Part shown: positions 1 through 10,072 of the stretch, piece after piece
Layout: each line of letters opens with the position of its first letter
Position numbering within the stretch: position 1 is the first letter of the stretch
Source of the DNA: Bacillus subtilis subsp. subtilis str. 168
GTDB taxonomy: Bacteria > Bacillota > Bacilli > Bacillales > Bacillaceae
Reading direction: 5' to 3'
Assembly (NCBI RefSeq): GCF_000009045.1
Contig: NC_000964.3
Location: 1,323,732-1,363,731, forward strand
DNA length: 40,000 bases
Program-made: the position numbers and the translations under genes
Notes under the pieces: model-generated
Databases searched by the model: none
Seen by the model: the letters and a program-made list of their open reading frames with translations, nothing else
What the model was told of the DNA's origin: nothing

Positions 1-70
1 TAATCGCTTTGCTGTTTCGGGCAAAGCGAACAGAAAAAAACATTGAACAATGGTATAAGGACGACGGGAA

Positions 71-421
71 GTGAAAGTGTTGGCAAAGACAAAACAGGCA
101 GAGAAAAGCCCTGCGCCGTGGCGTGCTGTCCCGTGCGGGGATACGAAACCGATCTATATTTATTCAGCTTACAGTGAAGAAGAAAAAGAAAGATTTCCGT
201 ACTCAAACGGGCGGCTGATTGCAGCTGTATTTGACCTCAGCTCTTATTCGCAAAAAAGCAATGCCTCTTTGATGGCCGCTGCGCCTGAATTGCTGGAAGC
301 GTCTAAAGCAGCACTTGATTTTCTGAAAGGGAATTCTATTCATTCAAAGGAGCGTATCATTCAGCTATTAGAAAAAGCTGAAGCAAGCGCTGCACCGAAA
401 AGGGGAGGAAATAAAACATGA
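71..421 (+). CDS. xkdD: PBSX protein XkdD, function unknown
   Basis: 116-codon ORF with GTG at 71 as in the ORF track (start uncertain; GTG 77 and TTG 80 also possible). Its stop overlaps the xtrA start (ATGA at 418-421). Recognised by sequence and position; no functional motif seen. Confidence 0.75.
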   Translation: MKVLAKTKQAEKSPAPWRAVPCGDTKPIYIYSAYSEEEKERFPYSNGRLIAAVFDLSSYSQKSNASLMAAAPELLEASKAALDFLKGNSIHSKERIIQLLEKAEASAAPKRGGNKT

Positions 422-624
422 TTCATCCGAAAAAACTGCTGCATATCGATTCCGTCACGCTTAAGAGCCAGCTGGAGGACGGGAAAATCCGTGTCATTAT
501 TGTGGACGGCATCAAGCAAGAAGCATGGATCACAGAAGCGCCAGAGCATGGAAAAACGCTCGTCGAAACAAGAAAGGGCGATCTTGCTCGTGTGGAATTT
601 GAAATCGGCTACAAATTAAATTAA
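418..624 (+). CDS. xtrA: PBSX protein XtrA, 68 aa, function unknown
   Basis: ATG 418 overlaps the xkdD stop, suggesting translational coupling. Recognised as XtrA, the last ORF before xpf. Confidence 0.85.
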   Translation: MIHPKKLLHIDSVTLKSQLEDGKIRVIIVDGIKQEAWITEAPEHGKTLVETRKGDLARVEFEIGYKLN

Positions 625-660
625 AGCGAAAACAGAATACGTCCAAGACGGAAAGCCTGC

Positions 661-716
661 GGACACTGATCAACTGCACAGCATTTGTGCGTTGATTGGT
701 GTCCGTTTTTTATTTG
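661..716 (+). terminator. Rho-independent terminator between xtrA and xpf
   Basis: 661-673 GGACACTGATCAA pairs with 692-704 TTGATTGGTGTCC (13 bp, two G-U). The stem extends through C674-G691 and, after a bulged T675, 676-679 GCAC with 687-690 GTGC (loop 680-686). It is followed by G and TTTTTT (706-711) then ATTT. Confidence 0.8.
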
Positions 717-739
717 CCAAAAATGAGGAGGATCATAGA

Positions 740-1249
740 ATGCAAGACTTACTATTTGAATATAAACGCACGCTCAAACAAACAAGAATACAATATAAAC
801 CGCTCGCTGAGGCAGATGAATCCGTGCTCTCAGCTGAAGAGCTGAAGGATAAAAAAATCATCAGAAATATGATTACTGATCTTGAATATGTAACAGAATG
901 GCTTGAAAAAGGAAGGCAGCCCGGCATCAGACGGGCGATTGACCGGCGTGATGTTTACCAGCGGCTGATGATCAAGGACCCGAGAATCATCGAATCATTT
1001 TCCAGCGCTATGATGTTTGAGCCGGACGGACAGGTATCAGAAGAAGACAGAGATAGAATTCGAGAAGCATTAGCCCTGTTAACGGACAGAGAAAAGGAAA
1101 TGTTTTTGCTGCATAAGGTAGAATGTTTTTCTTATGAACGGATCGCCGATCTTCTCGGCGTAAAAAAATCGACAGTGCAAACGACGATTAAACGGGCGAG
1201 TTTAAAGATGCAAAGACAGCAGGAAGAAATGAATCGATCACTTGCCTGA
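740..1249 (+). CDS. xpf: Xpf, sigma-like (ArpU-family) positive control factor for PBSX late genes, 169 aa
   Basis: ATG 740 is preceded by GAGGAGG (725-731) at 8-nt spacing. The ORF-track start at 692 lies inside the terminator stem and has no SD. C-terminal sigma-70 region-4-type HTH (LTDREKEMFLLHKVECFSYERIADLLGVKKSTVQTTIKRA). The length matches Xpf as I recall it. Confidence 0.9.
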   Translation: MQDLLFEYKRTLKQTRIQYKPLAEADESVLSAEELKDKKIIRNMITDLEYVTEWLEKGRQPGIRRAIDRRDVYQRLMIKDPRIIESFSSAMMFEPDGQVSEEDRDRIREALALLTDREKEMFLLHKVECFSYERIADLLGVKKSTVQTTIKRASLKMQRQQEEMNRSLA

Positions 1250-1296
1250 AAGCTTGTCATACGTTTGCCACCTATAAGTGAATAGAGCATGACACT

Positions 1297-1325
1297 AAGC
1301 GGCTGGCTGATCAGCCGCTTTTATG
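1297..1325 (+). terminator. Hairpin with short U-tract downstream of xpf (weak terminator or attenuator)
   Basis: AAGCGGCTG (1297-1305) pairs with CAGCCGCTT (1312-1320), 6-nt loop, followed by TTAT. Only about 4 consecutive T including the stem end. Confidence 0.55.
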
Positions 1326-1364
1326 AATAAACAACCATGCTGGAGGTGGCGGTGATGCAGTAGC

Positions 1365-2162
1365 ATGAAAACACAACAGCGCGAACAAGCATTAGCAATC
1401 TATCAACAACATCAAGGAAAGATCACAAATCGGGCGATTGCGGACACAATCGGTGTTTCCGCGAAAACAATCGGCATCTGGAAAAAACAAGACAAATGGA
1501 AAGAGGCGCTGTTTTCTGCGTCCAAAAACGAACAAAAACAGCGCCCTATAAACAACGATGAATTAAATGAACGCCAGCGGCTGTTTTGCCTGTATTACGT
1601 CAAAAGCTTCAATGCCACACAGTCAGCAATCAAAGCGGGCTATTCTCCGGACAGCGCTCATGTGACGGGCAGCCGACTCTTAAAAAACGAAAAGGTCGCT
1701 GCTGAAATTAGACGCATTAAAAAAGAAATGGTCAATGAAATGTTTATTGAAGCGATGGATGTGCTGCAGGTTTATATCAAGATCGCGTTTGCGGATATTA
1801 CGGACTATGTGACCTTTGGAAAAAAAGAGGTCCAGGCTGTCGGGAAATCGGGTCCGCTGTTTGATGAAGATGATAATCCGATTATGAAGGAAATCAGCTT
1901 TGTCGATGTCAAAGACTCCGGGCTCGTTGATGGCACCATTGTAACGGAAGCAAAGCTTGGGAAAGAAGGCATTGCCATCAAGCTTGCAGATAAAATGAAG
2001 GCGCTTGAGAAGCTATCCTTATATTTTGATTTGTTTCCAGATCAATTTAAACAAAAAATTGAAAATGAGAAATTGAAGCTTGCCAAACAAAAAGCGGAGA
2101 AAACAGATGACAGCCAGGAGCCGATTGAAATTATGATCAAACGAAAAGAGCGCAAGTCATGA
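1365..2162 (+). CDS. xtmA: Terminase small subunit
   Basis: 265 aa. N-terminal HTH ([22 protein letters not shown]) followed by a terminase-small (P27-type) segment ([28 protein letters not shown]). SD GGTGAT (1351-1356) lies 8 nt before the ATG. The stop overlaps the xtmB start. Confidence 0.93.
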   Translation: MKTQQREQALAIYQQHQGKITNRAIADTIGVSAKTIGIWKKQDKWKEALFSASKNEQKQRPINNDELNERQRLFCLYYVKSFNATQSAIKAGYSPDSAHVTGSRLLKNEKVAAEIRRIKKEMVNEMFIEAMDVLQVYIKIAFADITDYVTFGKKEVQAVGKSGPLFDEDDNPIMKEISFVDVKDSGLVDGTIVTEAKLGKEGIAIKLADKMKALEKLSLYFDLFPDQFKQKIENEKLKLAKQKAEKTDDSQEPIEIMIKRKERKS

Positions 2163-3460
2163 TTGTAAAAGAAATCAACCCTCATTTCGAAGATTACGTG
2201 TTCAATTGGGAGCAGACGTACCAGTTTCTTGTCGGCGGCTACGGCTCATCCAAAAGCTATCATACCGCATTGAAAATCGTGCTAAAGCTGCTGAAGGAAA
2301 AACGGACGGCCCTTGTGATCCGGGAGGTGTTCGATACCCATCGGGATTCGACCTTCGCCTTGTTTCAAGAGGTGATCGAAGAGCTCGGTCTCACAAAGGC
2401 CGTGGCATCTCTTTCTTCCCCGCTGCAGCTGCGATTTCACAATGGCAGCCGGATCATGTTCAAAGGAATGGACAATCCGGCAAAATTAAAATCGGTTCAT
2501 AACATTTCATTAATATGGATTGAAGAGTGCTCAGAGGTGAAGTATGAGGGGTTCAAGGAGTTAATCGGACGTCTTCGCCATCCTGAGCTAAAGCTTCATA
2601 TGATCTGTACCACCAATCCCGTCGGCACCTCCAATTGGACGTATAGGCATTTTTTTCGGGATGAACGCAAGAAACGGTTTGTGCTGGATGACAGCGAACT
2701 TTACGAAAAGCGGACGATTGTAAAGGGAGATACGTATTACCATCATTCCACCGCTAACGACAATCTTTTTCTCCCGGAAAGCTATGTGAAACAGCTTGAC
2801 GGACTCAAAGAGTATGATCCCGACCTGTACCGGATTGCCCGAAAAGGACGATTCGGCGTCAACGGGATCAGGGTGCTGCCGCAGTTCGAGGTACTCCCGC
2901 ATGATCAAGTGAAAAAATGTATCGCAGCCATCAGCAAACCAATCTTTCGTACAGGTATGGATTTTGGATTCGAGGAATCCTATAATGCCGTCGTCCGGCT
3001 TGCTGTAGATCCTGAAAAAAAATACCTCTACATTTATTGGGAGTATTATCAAAATAAAATGACAGATGATAGGACGGCTGAGGAGCTGCGTGAGTTTATT
3101 GAGACACAGGAATTGATCAAAGCCGACTCGGCTGAGCCGAAAAGCATTCAATATTTCCGCCAGCAGGGCTTTCGGATGGTTGGAGCCAGAAAGTTTCCCG
3201 GCTCCAGGCTTCAATATACCAAAAAGGTAAAACGGTTCAAAAAAATCTTCTGTTCGGACCGCTGTGAAAATGTCATCTATGAGCTCGAGACACTTACGTA
3301 TGCCAAAGATAAAAACGGAGCTCTGATTGAGGATGAATTCACGATTGACCCGCATACGCTTTCTGCCATTTGGTATGCGCTTGATGATTATGAGGTTGCT
3401 GATATGAAAGAGACAGCACACAAACGAATGCGGCCGAACCGAGAAAGGAGGAGGTCATAA
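2159..3460 (+). CDS. xtmB: Terminase large subunit (ATPase/nuclease)
   Basis: 433 aa. ATGA overlap with xtmA. Walker-A-like GGYGSSKS near the N-terminus. Recognised as the PBSX-family large terminase. Confidence 0.95.
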   Translation: MIVKEINPHFEDYVFNWEQTYQFLVGGYGSSKSYHTALKIVLKLLKEKRTALVIREVFDTHRDSTFALFQEVIEELGLTKAVASLSSPLQLRFHNGSRIMFKGMDNPAKLKSVHNISLIWIEECSEVKYEGFKELIGRLRHPELKLHMICTTNPVGTSNWTYRHFFRDERKKRFVLDDSELYEKRTIVKGDTYYHHSTANDNLFLPESYVKQLDGLKEYDPDLYRIARKGRFGVNGIRVLPQFEVLPHDQVKKCIAAISKPIFRTGMDFGFEESYNAVVRLAVDPEKKYLYIYWEYYQNKMTDDRTAEELREFIETQELIKADSAEPKSIQYFRQQGFRMVGARKFPGSRLQYTKKVKRFKKIFCSDRCENVIYELETLTYAKDKNGALIEDEFTIDPHTLSAIWYALDDYEVADMKETAHKRMRPNRERRRS

Positions 3461-3463
3461 ATC

Positions 3464-4951
3464 ATGCACAACCAAACAGTCAGAGCAACTGTATTTAAAG
3501 CCAATGCCGCGGCTCCTCAGACAAAGCAAATCTATGAAGATGACTTTTCTGAGCTGTACGGAGAGGACATTATTGCTCCGCCCTATAATATCATCGAGCT
3601 CAAAACCATTGCCGAATACTCGACCATTCTTCAGCAATGCATTGATGCGTACAGAGTGAATATTACAGGCTTTGGATTCGATGTTGAGTACACATTTGAT
3701 GTCAACGCAAGTGATGTCGATCAGGCAAAAAAGAAAAGAGCGGAAAAAGACTGGGCCAGACTCGAAGCCTTTTATAAATGTCTTCACTTTGATGAATCAG
3801 CTGAAATGATTTTAGGCTATGCCATCGAAGACAGAGAAAAAACAGGCAACGGATTTATGGAAGTGCTTCGCGACGGGGCGGGAAAACCTGCCGGCATCGA
3901 ATATTTAGATGTGAAATATATGCGTGTATGCGGAGCAGGCGAGCCTGTAGAGGTTTCATTTGTATATGAAGAAAACGGGAAAATGAAAAGGATCAAAAGG
4001 CAAAAACGCTTCCGAAAATATGTGCAGATGATCAATGGAAAGAAAGTATTTTTTAAAGAATACGGCGATCCGCGAAAAATGGATATTCGCACAGGTGAAT
4101 ATGTAAACACATTGGCAGAGAAGTATCAAGCAAATGAAGCCATTCACCTCAAAATCGGAAGCGGCGTATACGGTGTACCCCGCTGGATCGGCAATATTGT
4201 CAATTTATACGGGGCCCGAAAAGCAGAAGAGCTCAATTTTATGTATTTTAAGCAGGGGCGTCACGTCCCCGCTGCGATTACAGTGGAAAACGGGATGCTG
4301 TCTGAAGCTTCTTACCGGGAGCTGCAGGAATACATGAATGATCTTGAAGGCGTGGAGAACGCCCATAAATTTCTCCTGATCGAAGCGGAAGGAATCGCAA
4401 AAGAAAAGGATCTCCACGGAGGCGAGGATATTACGCCGGTTTCCGTGGAAATCAAATCTTTGGCTGAAATTCTCCAAAACGACGCCTTGTTTCTTGAATA
4501 CGATGAAAAAAGCAGAAATAAGCTGCGTTCCGCGTTCCGTCTCCCCCCGCTGTATACAGGCGAGGCCCAGGAATACAACCGGGCGACAGCGGATACTGCT
4601 AGAAAAATTACGGAGGAGCAGGTTTTTCAGCCGGAGCGAAAAACTCTCGTGAATAAACTGAACACGCTGCTTTTGCCGGAGCTGAATATCCATGACGTCA
4701 GGCTGACATTAAAAGGACCGGACTTTCGTGATCCGCTTGAGATTGCGAAGGTGCTCGGTCCTTTTATTACAGCCGGAGCAGTCTCGCCGAATGATTTACG
4801 CGACCTTGCCGGACGGGTGCTTGGCAAAACACTTGAGGAGTGGCCGGAGGACATTTATAAACGGCCTGCAGGACAGGATGCGGAAAAGACAAACCTGGCT
4901 GCGCTCATGCAGGAGCTGAAAGAAAGCATCGAAGATATCAAAACGTCCTGA
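3464..4951 (+). CDS. xkdE: Portal protein
   Basis: 495 aa, directly after the terminase, SD AAGGAGGAGG upstream. Recognised as XkdE; position and size are typical of a portal. Confidence 0.9.
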   Translation: MHNQTVRATVFKANAAAPQTKQIYEDDFSELYGEDIIAPPYNIIELKTIAEYSTILQQCIDAYRVNITGFGFDVEYTFDVNASDVDQAKKKRAEKDWARLEAFYKCLHFDESAEMILGYAIEDREKTGNGFMEVLRDGAGKPAGIEYLDVKYMRVCGAGEPVEVSFVYEENGKMKRIKRQKRFRKYVQMINGKKVFFKEYGDPRKMDIRTGEYVNTLAEKYQANEAIHLKIGSGVYGVPRWIGNIVNLYGARKAEELNFMYFKQGRHVPAAITVENGMLSEASYRELQEYMNDLEGVENAHKFLLIEAEGIAKEKDLHGGEDITPVSVEIKSLAEILQNDALFLEYDEKSRNKLRSAFRLPPLYTGEAQEYNRATADTARKITEEQVFQPERKTLVNKLNTLLLPELNIHDVRLTLKGPDFRDPLEIAKVLGPFITAGAVSPNDLRDLAGRVLGKTLEEWPEDIYKRPAGQDAEKTNLAALMQELKESIEDIKTS

Positions 4952-4970
4952 AGGGAGGTGAATCAAGCAG

Positions 4971-5798
4971 GTGGCGCGAGAATTAAGAAATGCCAAAATC
5001 AGCTTTGTCAGTTATGTGGACAAGGCGGCTAACCAGACAGAATTTTTCTTTACGAAGTCAGCCGAACCTCCGTCATTTGAAAAAAAGGTTCGGCTGTTTA
5101 CAAAAAGTGAGCAGGATGAACAAAAGCTCGTGTACGGAATCGTGTATGAGCCTGATGTTCCTGATGCCCACGGCGATTTTATGACCGCCGAGGAAATTGA
5201 AAAAGCGGCGCACGGTTTTCTCGCGGAGGCACGGGAGATTGATATCAATCACAGCTTTGAGGGCGGAACCGGCGTCGTGGTCGAGTCCTATGTGGCGCCC
5301 GATGATTTTATGATCGGATCAAAGCGGATTACAAAGGGCTCATGGGTACTCGTGACAAGAGCGTCTGACGAGGTGTGGGAACAGATTAAGGCTGGAATTA
5401 TCACCGGCTACAGCATGGCTGGCACTGCAGATGTGTATGAAGAAGAACCGGTCGAAAAAGCAGGGTTCTTTAGTGTATTCAAGCAAATGCTTGCTGACAA
5501 AACAGGGAAGGAGACTGAAGAAATGAGAAAAGAAGACATGAAAGAATCATTCGAGCATGCGCTTTACCCTCTGCTCAAACGGCTTGAGCGGATTGAAAAA
5601 AACACAGACACGGAGGAAAAGCCGGAGCAGACGGGTGATGACGAGCGTCTGAAAAAGCTCGTTGAAGACATGCTTGCCCCGCTGATCGAACGCATCGAGG
5701 CTTTGGAAAAAGCGCGAGGCGCGTCTAAGCAGACAGCGGACGATACGGGCGGCAATACAGAGCAAGTCAAAAAATCAATCTGGAGCGGACTGCTGTAA
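4971..5798 (+). CDS. xkdF: XkdF: putative prohead protease-like domain with an acidic scaffold-like C-terminal tail
   Basis: GTG 4971 is the only start in frame after the TGA at 4959. SD AAGGGAGGTG at 4951-4960. The C-terminal ~100 aa are Glu/Lys-rich and helical-looking. Position between portal and capsid. Confidence 0.85.
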   Translation: MARELRNAKISFVSYVDKAANQTEFFFTKSAEPPSFEKKVRLFTKSEQDEQKLVYGIVYEPDVPDAHGDFMTAEEIEKAAHGFLAEAREIDINHSFEGGTGVVVESYVAPDDFMIGSKRITKGSWVLVTRASDEVWEQIKAGIITGYSMAGTADVYEEEPVEKAGFFSVFKQMLADKTGKETEEMRKEDMKESFEHALYPLLKRLERIEKNTDTEEKPEQTGDDERLKKLVEDMLAPLIERIEALEKARGASKQTADDTGGNTEQVKKSIWSGLL

Positions 5799-5823
5799 AA
5801 CCAGTCAAGGAGGAGGAAATCAA

Positions 5824-6759
5824 TTGAGAAATCAAGAGATCATTCGGAAAGCGGAAATGTCGCTTTCTGCTTTAAAAAGCGGCGGGCTTATGAACCCTGC
5901 GCAAGCATCGGCTTTTATCCGCATGGTGCAAAACACGCCGACCATTTTCAGTGAATCCCGCGTGATTCAAATGGAAAACGATTCGCAAAAATTTGAAAAA
6001 ATCGGCTTCGGCCAGCGTATTCTGCGGGCTGCGCAAGAAGGAAAAGCACTGTCAAACGACGAGCTGACAGTTCCAACGACAAGCACTGTCCAGCTGAACA
6101 CGAAGGAAGTCATTGCGGAAATCAACATTACGTATGACACACTTGAAAACAATATTGAAAAAGACGGCCTGCAGCAGACAATCATGCAAATTTTAGCAGA
6201 GCGCGCAGCAGTTGATATTGAAGAGCTGATCGTTAACGGCGATACAGCATCAGCTGATCCGTATCTGGCACAGCTGGACGGCATCCGTAAACAGGCGGTT
6301 TCCCATATCGTTGACATGAACGGTGAAGAACTGTCCAGAGCGACATTCAAGAAGGGCTTAAAGGCAGTTCCGCCGAAATATTTGCGCATCCCTCAGGAAT
6401 TCAGATTCTATACGTCTCACGGCTTAGAAGTTGAATGGAAGGACCGCGTGGCAGACCGCCAGACAAACCTTGGGGACCAAGCTGTTCAGGGCGGCTTGTC
6501 AACAGCATTCGGCGTACCGGTCAAAGGGGTATCCAATATTCAGCCGTACACAGTCGGTGAGGGAGACGCGCAATATGACGCTTCTGATATCATTCTCACA
6601 CATCCGAAAAATATCATTCTCGGCTTCTCCCGCAATATCCGAATTGAAGTCGACAAAGACATCCGCTCCCGTAAATTCATTATTGTCTTAACGGCCAAGC
6701 TGGACAGCAAGTTCGAGGAAGAGGATGCCTGCGCGAAATTAATTAACGTAAAAGAATAA
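5824..6759 (+). CDS. xkdG: Major capsid protein
   Basis: 311 aa. TTG 5824 preceded by AAGGAGGAGG. Recognised as XkdG. Confidence 0.9.
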
Positions 6760-6780
6760 TAGAAACGAGGTGGTCAGCTC

Positions 6781-7164
6781 ATGCTCATTGAACCGACTGA
6801 CGTAGCTTCCTATTCGGTCTATGATCGGGTGAAAAACAGGCCGGAAGAGCTGCTGGCGCAGGATATCATCGAGGCGGAAGCAGAAGCGGCTCTCATCACG
6901 GGCCACCGCTTTGAAGACAGCTTGTATGATCCGCTGCCCGGCAAGGTGAAGTTGGCTTTAGTAAAGCTTGCCCAGTATTTTGCGCTTGTCAACAGCGATG
7001 AATCTGCCTCATCAAGCTATCAGTATGAGAAAATGGGGGATTATTCCTACACGGTTTCCGGAGAAGGCAGGATTCAGCGGCCTGAGGTGTATCATTTGCT
7101 CGAAGAGTTTATTAAGCCGGGCTACGTCCCTGAATCCTCCAGACTGAAGGTGAGATCTTTATGA
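6781..7164 (+). CDS. ykzL: Head-tail connector/adaptor-type small protein
   Basis: 127 aa, SD GAGGTGG upstream, stop overlaps the xkdH start. Function inferred from position after the capsid gene. Symbol from my recollection of the 168 gene order. Confidence 0.7.
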   Translation: MLIEPTDVASYSVYDRVKNRPEELLAQDIIEAEAEAALITGHRFEDSLYDPLPGKVKLALVKLAQYFALVNSDESASSSYQYEKMGDYSYTVSGEGRIQRPEVYHLLEEFIKPGYVPESSRLKVRSL

Positions 7165-7517
7165 GCTACAGGCAGATGCTCATTCACCGCTGCGATATTT
7201 ATCATGAAGCAGCGCAAGCGCCGTCTGCAGGCCGATTTGGGATTCCGGCAGACAGGCTGCAGCCGGTGATTTCATATCCGGATACACCCGATGAACAAGA
7301 TGTCCCTTGTTATTTTACCGAAAAAACACAGCAGCTGATTCAGGAGGAGCCGGATCAAACTGTATATCATAGCTTTCTCGTCCATTTTCCGTTGTCAGCG
7401 GACATCCGCGTGAACGATAAAATCATTTGGGAGAATCATAAATATATACTAAAGCTGCCGAAAAGGATCAGACATCATCATTGGGAGGTCGTCGCAGTCA
7501 GGGATGAAAGCCTATGA
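7161..7517 (+). CDS. xkdH: Head-tail joining (neck) protein
   Basis: 118 aa, ATGA overlap with ykzL. Recognised by length and position. Confidence 0.8.
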   Translation: MSYRQMLIHRCDIYHEAAQAPSAGRFGIPADRLQPVISYPDTPDEQDVPCYFTEKTQQLIQEEPDQTVYHSFLVHFPLSADIRVNDKIIWENHKYILKLPKRIRHHHWEVVAVRDESL

Positions 7518-7999
7518 AAATAGCGGGATTGAAACAGCTGAACACGGCATTAAAAGAAGCGGCTTCAGGCGGTTTTTCCAGACAGGCGTCCCGGTGGCTT
7601 GAGGAGTGCGGGCAAGATTTTCTAGAGATCGTCCAATCTGAACTCATCAGCACACAAACGATTGATACAGAAAAACTGCTCAGTTCCTTTGAGAAAGGCG
7701 CAGAGGACAATCTCTGGATTGTGCAAAGCGGCGGGCTTTCGCTTGAGGTGGGGACACAGCTTGATTACGCCTCATTTCTTAATGACGGCCATTGGACGTC
7801 AAAACAAGATGTGAGATGGGTGCCGGGGCGTTTTCAAGGCTCACGGTTTATTTATGATCCAGCGGCTTCAACGGGAATGGCGCTCAAGAGAAAATGGATA
7901 CCGGGCACGGGCTACTGGGATCATGCACTGCTTTTATATGAACAGCTGTTTGAAAAATCGCTGGAAAGCAAACTGCGCCAGTGGCTGAAGAAGCTGTAA
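7514..7999 (+). CDS. xkdI: Neck / tail-completion protein
   Basis: 161 aa, ATGA overlap with xkdH. Function inferred from position. Confidence 0.8.
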   Translation: MKIAGLKQLNTALKEAASGGFSRQASRWLEECGQDFLEIVQSELISTQTIDTEKLLSSFEKGAEDNLWIVQSGGLSLEVGTQLDYASFLNDGHWTSKQDVRWVPGRFQGSRFIYDPAASTGMALKRKWIPGTGYWDHALLLYEQLFEKSLESKLRQWLKKL

Positions 8000-8011
8000 A
8001 GGAGGAGCAGG

Positions 8012-8452
8012 ATGAACAGTGAAACAGGATCGATCATGGCGTTTTTGTACAGCCGGTGGTCTGTTCCCATTTATGAACGCGAGCTTCCTGATCACTTTCA
8101 GGTGCCGTCGTTATATGTCCCGCCACCATCTGTTTTCGAGGAAACAGATACGGTCTCCACATTTAAAAAAACCTACAGTCTCAATGTGAAACTGTTTCAT
8201 CTGGACTCCGTTCAGGCGCTGGATGAAGCGGACAGGCTCGCGGATGCCATCAGAGAAGCGAGAAATATGATTCCGCTGCTGAGTGAATCCGGCGAGAAGA
8301 CGGGGGATATGGTTCGCATCTCCCAAATCGAGACAAGGGTAGGGGACAGGGGCGAGGCGGCCATGGTGATCAGGTGGAGCAGCAGATATTATTATCACAA
8401 AACAGAACAGCCTGTCTTACAGGATATCGACATGAACAGCGGGGTGAAATAA
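8012..8452 (+). CDS. xkdJ: Tail-completion / sheath-terminator-type protein
   Basis: 146 aa, SD AAAGGAGGAG upstream. Function inferred from position before the sheath gene. Confidence 0.8.
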   Translation: MNSETGSIMAFLYSRWSVPIYERELPDHFQVPSLYVPPPSVFEETDTVSTFKKTYSLNVKLFHLDSVQALDEADRLADAIREARNMIPLLSESGEKTGDMVRISQIETRVGDRGEAAMVIRWSSRYYYHKTEQPVLQDIDMNSGVK

Positions 8453-8455
8453 ACG

Positions 8456-8674
8456 GTGTCAAAGGACAAACAACAGAAGAAGGCTGTACATACAAAGAGC
8501 CGGGAAGCTCTATTTGATACAGCGGATTTGATTAAGCACGCGAAGGAACTGTTCGGCGTTAAGCCGGATATTCTTCAGGGGGCTTTATTTGGCGTGGATC
8601 AACCACGTATGACGAAATCAGAAGCCAACCAATTGATTCAAACATTTCTAACCAAGGAGGTCATGTCATCATGA
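8456..8674 (+). CDS. ykzM: Small PBSX protein, function unknown
   Basis: 72 aa. GTG start with GGGGTGAA about 8 nt upstream. Stop overlaps the xkdK ATG. Symbol from my recollection of the 168 gene order. Confidence 0.65.
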   Translation: MSKDKQQKKAVHTKSREALFDTADLIKHAKELFGVKPDILQGALFGVDQPRMTKSEANQLIQTFLTKEVMSS

Positions 8675-10071
8675 ATGGCGGAACATTTACAACAGGCAAA
8701 GAAAAAGAACGTGCAGGCATTTATTTTAACTTTAAAACGACGGCACAGGAGCGGGTATCACTCAGTGAACGGGGAACAGTCGCACTTCCGGTCGCCTCAA
8801 GCTGGGGCGAAGCGAAAACGTTCGTCTCCATTTCCAGCGTTGAAGACCTAAACAAAAAAGTGGGCCTCAGCATTGATGACCCGTCTTTATTGCTGCTGCG
8901 TGAAGCGAAGAAAAATGCGAAAACGGTATTGATGTACCGTCTAACCGAAGGTGTCCGAGCGTCTGCTGATATTGCTGAAGGCGTCAAAGCAACTGCAGTA
9001 TATGGCGGAACAAAAGGAAATGACATTATCATCCGCATCAATCAAAATGTGCTGGATGCTAATTCTTTCGATGTGACAACATATATGGACGAATCAGAGG
9101 TTGATAAACAGACTGTCAAAAAGGCTGAAGAATTAACAGCTAACGGCTATGTCACTTTTACCGGAACAGGCGATCTTTCTTCAACGATTCCTCTCACTGG
9201 ATCAGAAGGAGACACTGCAGCTGAGACGCTGAATGCATCCGCGGGCATCCGTTTATCCGGCGGTACGGATAAAGCCCCTGTCAACTCCGACTATACAGAT
9301 TTCTTAGCCGCGGCTGAAACGGAGAGCTTTGATGTGATTGCGCTGCCTGTTGCAGAAGGTGACCAGTTGAAAGCGACGTTTGCTGCTTTCATTAAACGCC
9401 TGCGCGACGGCCAAGGACAAAAAGTGCAAGGCGTCACAGCCAATTATGCCGGTGATTATGAAGGCATCATCAACGTAACCGAGGGTGTGCTGCTTGAAGA
9501 TGGCACGGAAGTTACACCGGACAAAGCAACAGCTTGGGTAGCTGGAGCGAGTGCAGGAGCAACCTTTAACCAATCACTTACATTTGTAGAGTACGAAGGC
9601 GCAGTTGATGTGTTACACCGCCTTGACCACGATACGATTGTTGAACGTCTGGGTAAAGGTGAATTTTTATTCACATTCGACGCCCGTGATAAATCCGTCA
9701 GCGTAGAAAAGGATATTAACTCACTCGTGACGTTCACAGCTGAGAAAAACAAGAAATTTGCGAAGAACAAAATCGTTCGTGTCCTGGATGCTGTGAATAA
9801 TGATTTAACACGCGAGCTGAAAGCCTTAATTAAATCAAGAAAAGGCAGCGGAAGCGATATCCCGGCATCTGAAGACGGACTGCAGTATGTAAAAACGATG
9901 ATCACACAATACATGACAACGCTTCAGGACGCAGGCGGCATCACTGGCTTTGATTCCGATGAAGATATCACAATTTCAATGAATGAAGATCGTGACGGCT
10001 TCTTGATTGACCTGGCTGTACAGCCTGTCGACGCAGCAGAAAAATTCTACTTTAATGTGGAGGTAAACTAA
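8671..10071 (+). CDS. xkdK: Contractile tail sheath protein
   Basis: 466 aa, immediately followed (1-nt gap) by the tube gene. Recognised as XkdK. Confidence 0.93.
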   Translation: MNGGTFTTGKEKERAGIYFNFKTTAQERVSLSERGTVALPVASSWGEAKTFVSISSVEDLNKKVGLSIDDPSLLLLREAKKNAKTVLMYRLTEGVRASADIAEGVKATAVYGGTKGNDIIIRINQNVLDANSFDVTTYMDESEVDKQTVKKAEELTANGYVTFTGTGDLSSTIPLTGSEGDTAAETLNASAGIRLSGGTDKAPVNSDYTDFLAAAETESFDVIALPVAEGDQLKATFAAFIKRLRDGQGQKVQGVTANYAGDYEGIINVTEGVLLEDGTEVTPDKATAWVAGASAGATFNQSLTFVEYEGAVDVLHRLDHDTIVERLGKGEFLFTFDARDKSVSVEKDINSLVTFTAEKNKKFAKNKIVRVLDAVNNDLTRELKALIKSRKGSGSDIPASEDGLQYVKTMITQYMTTLQDAGGITGFDSDEDITISMNEDRDGFLIDLAVQPVDAAEKFYFNVEVN

Positions 10072-10072
10072 T

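Noticed and set aside
4-29. 9-bp hairpin TCGCTTTGC/GCAAAGCGA at the window start, directly after a TAA
   Set aside because: No U-tract follows it on either strand, so it is not a canonical terminator. The upstream context is missing at the window edge, so it cannot be interpreted.
692-739. Upstream extension of xpf (ORF-track start at 692)
   Set aside because: Codons 692-739 overlap the terminator stem and U-tract and have no SD. ATG 740 has GAGGAGG at ideal spacing and gives the expected 169 aa.
1337-1363. 8-codon upstream ORF (MLEVAVMQ) ending 1 nt before the xtmA ATG, which looked like a leader peptide
   Set aside because: Its ATG has no SD. The GGAGGTGGCGGTGAT inside it is better read as the SD region for xtmA itself (GGTGAT 8 nt before ATG 1365).
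2206-2502. Same-strand alternative-frame ORFs inside genes (2206-2502 in xtmB; also 15938-16336 in xkdQ, 31359-31730 in ykcB and 38005-38256 in dppB)
   Set aside because: They are Arg/Ser/Cys-rich out-of-frame translations without an SD or slippery site. The host-frame proteins have clear family signatures.
2588-3421. 277-aa ORF antisense to xtmB
   Set aside because: It lies entirely inside a well-supported terminase gene and has no SD. Its composition is odd (Ile/Phe/Lys-rich, low complexity), as expected for the antisense frame of a codon-biased gene. The antisense ORFs at 4205-4693, 9456-9914, 16808-17269 and 38725-39165 are rejected for the same reason.
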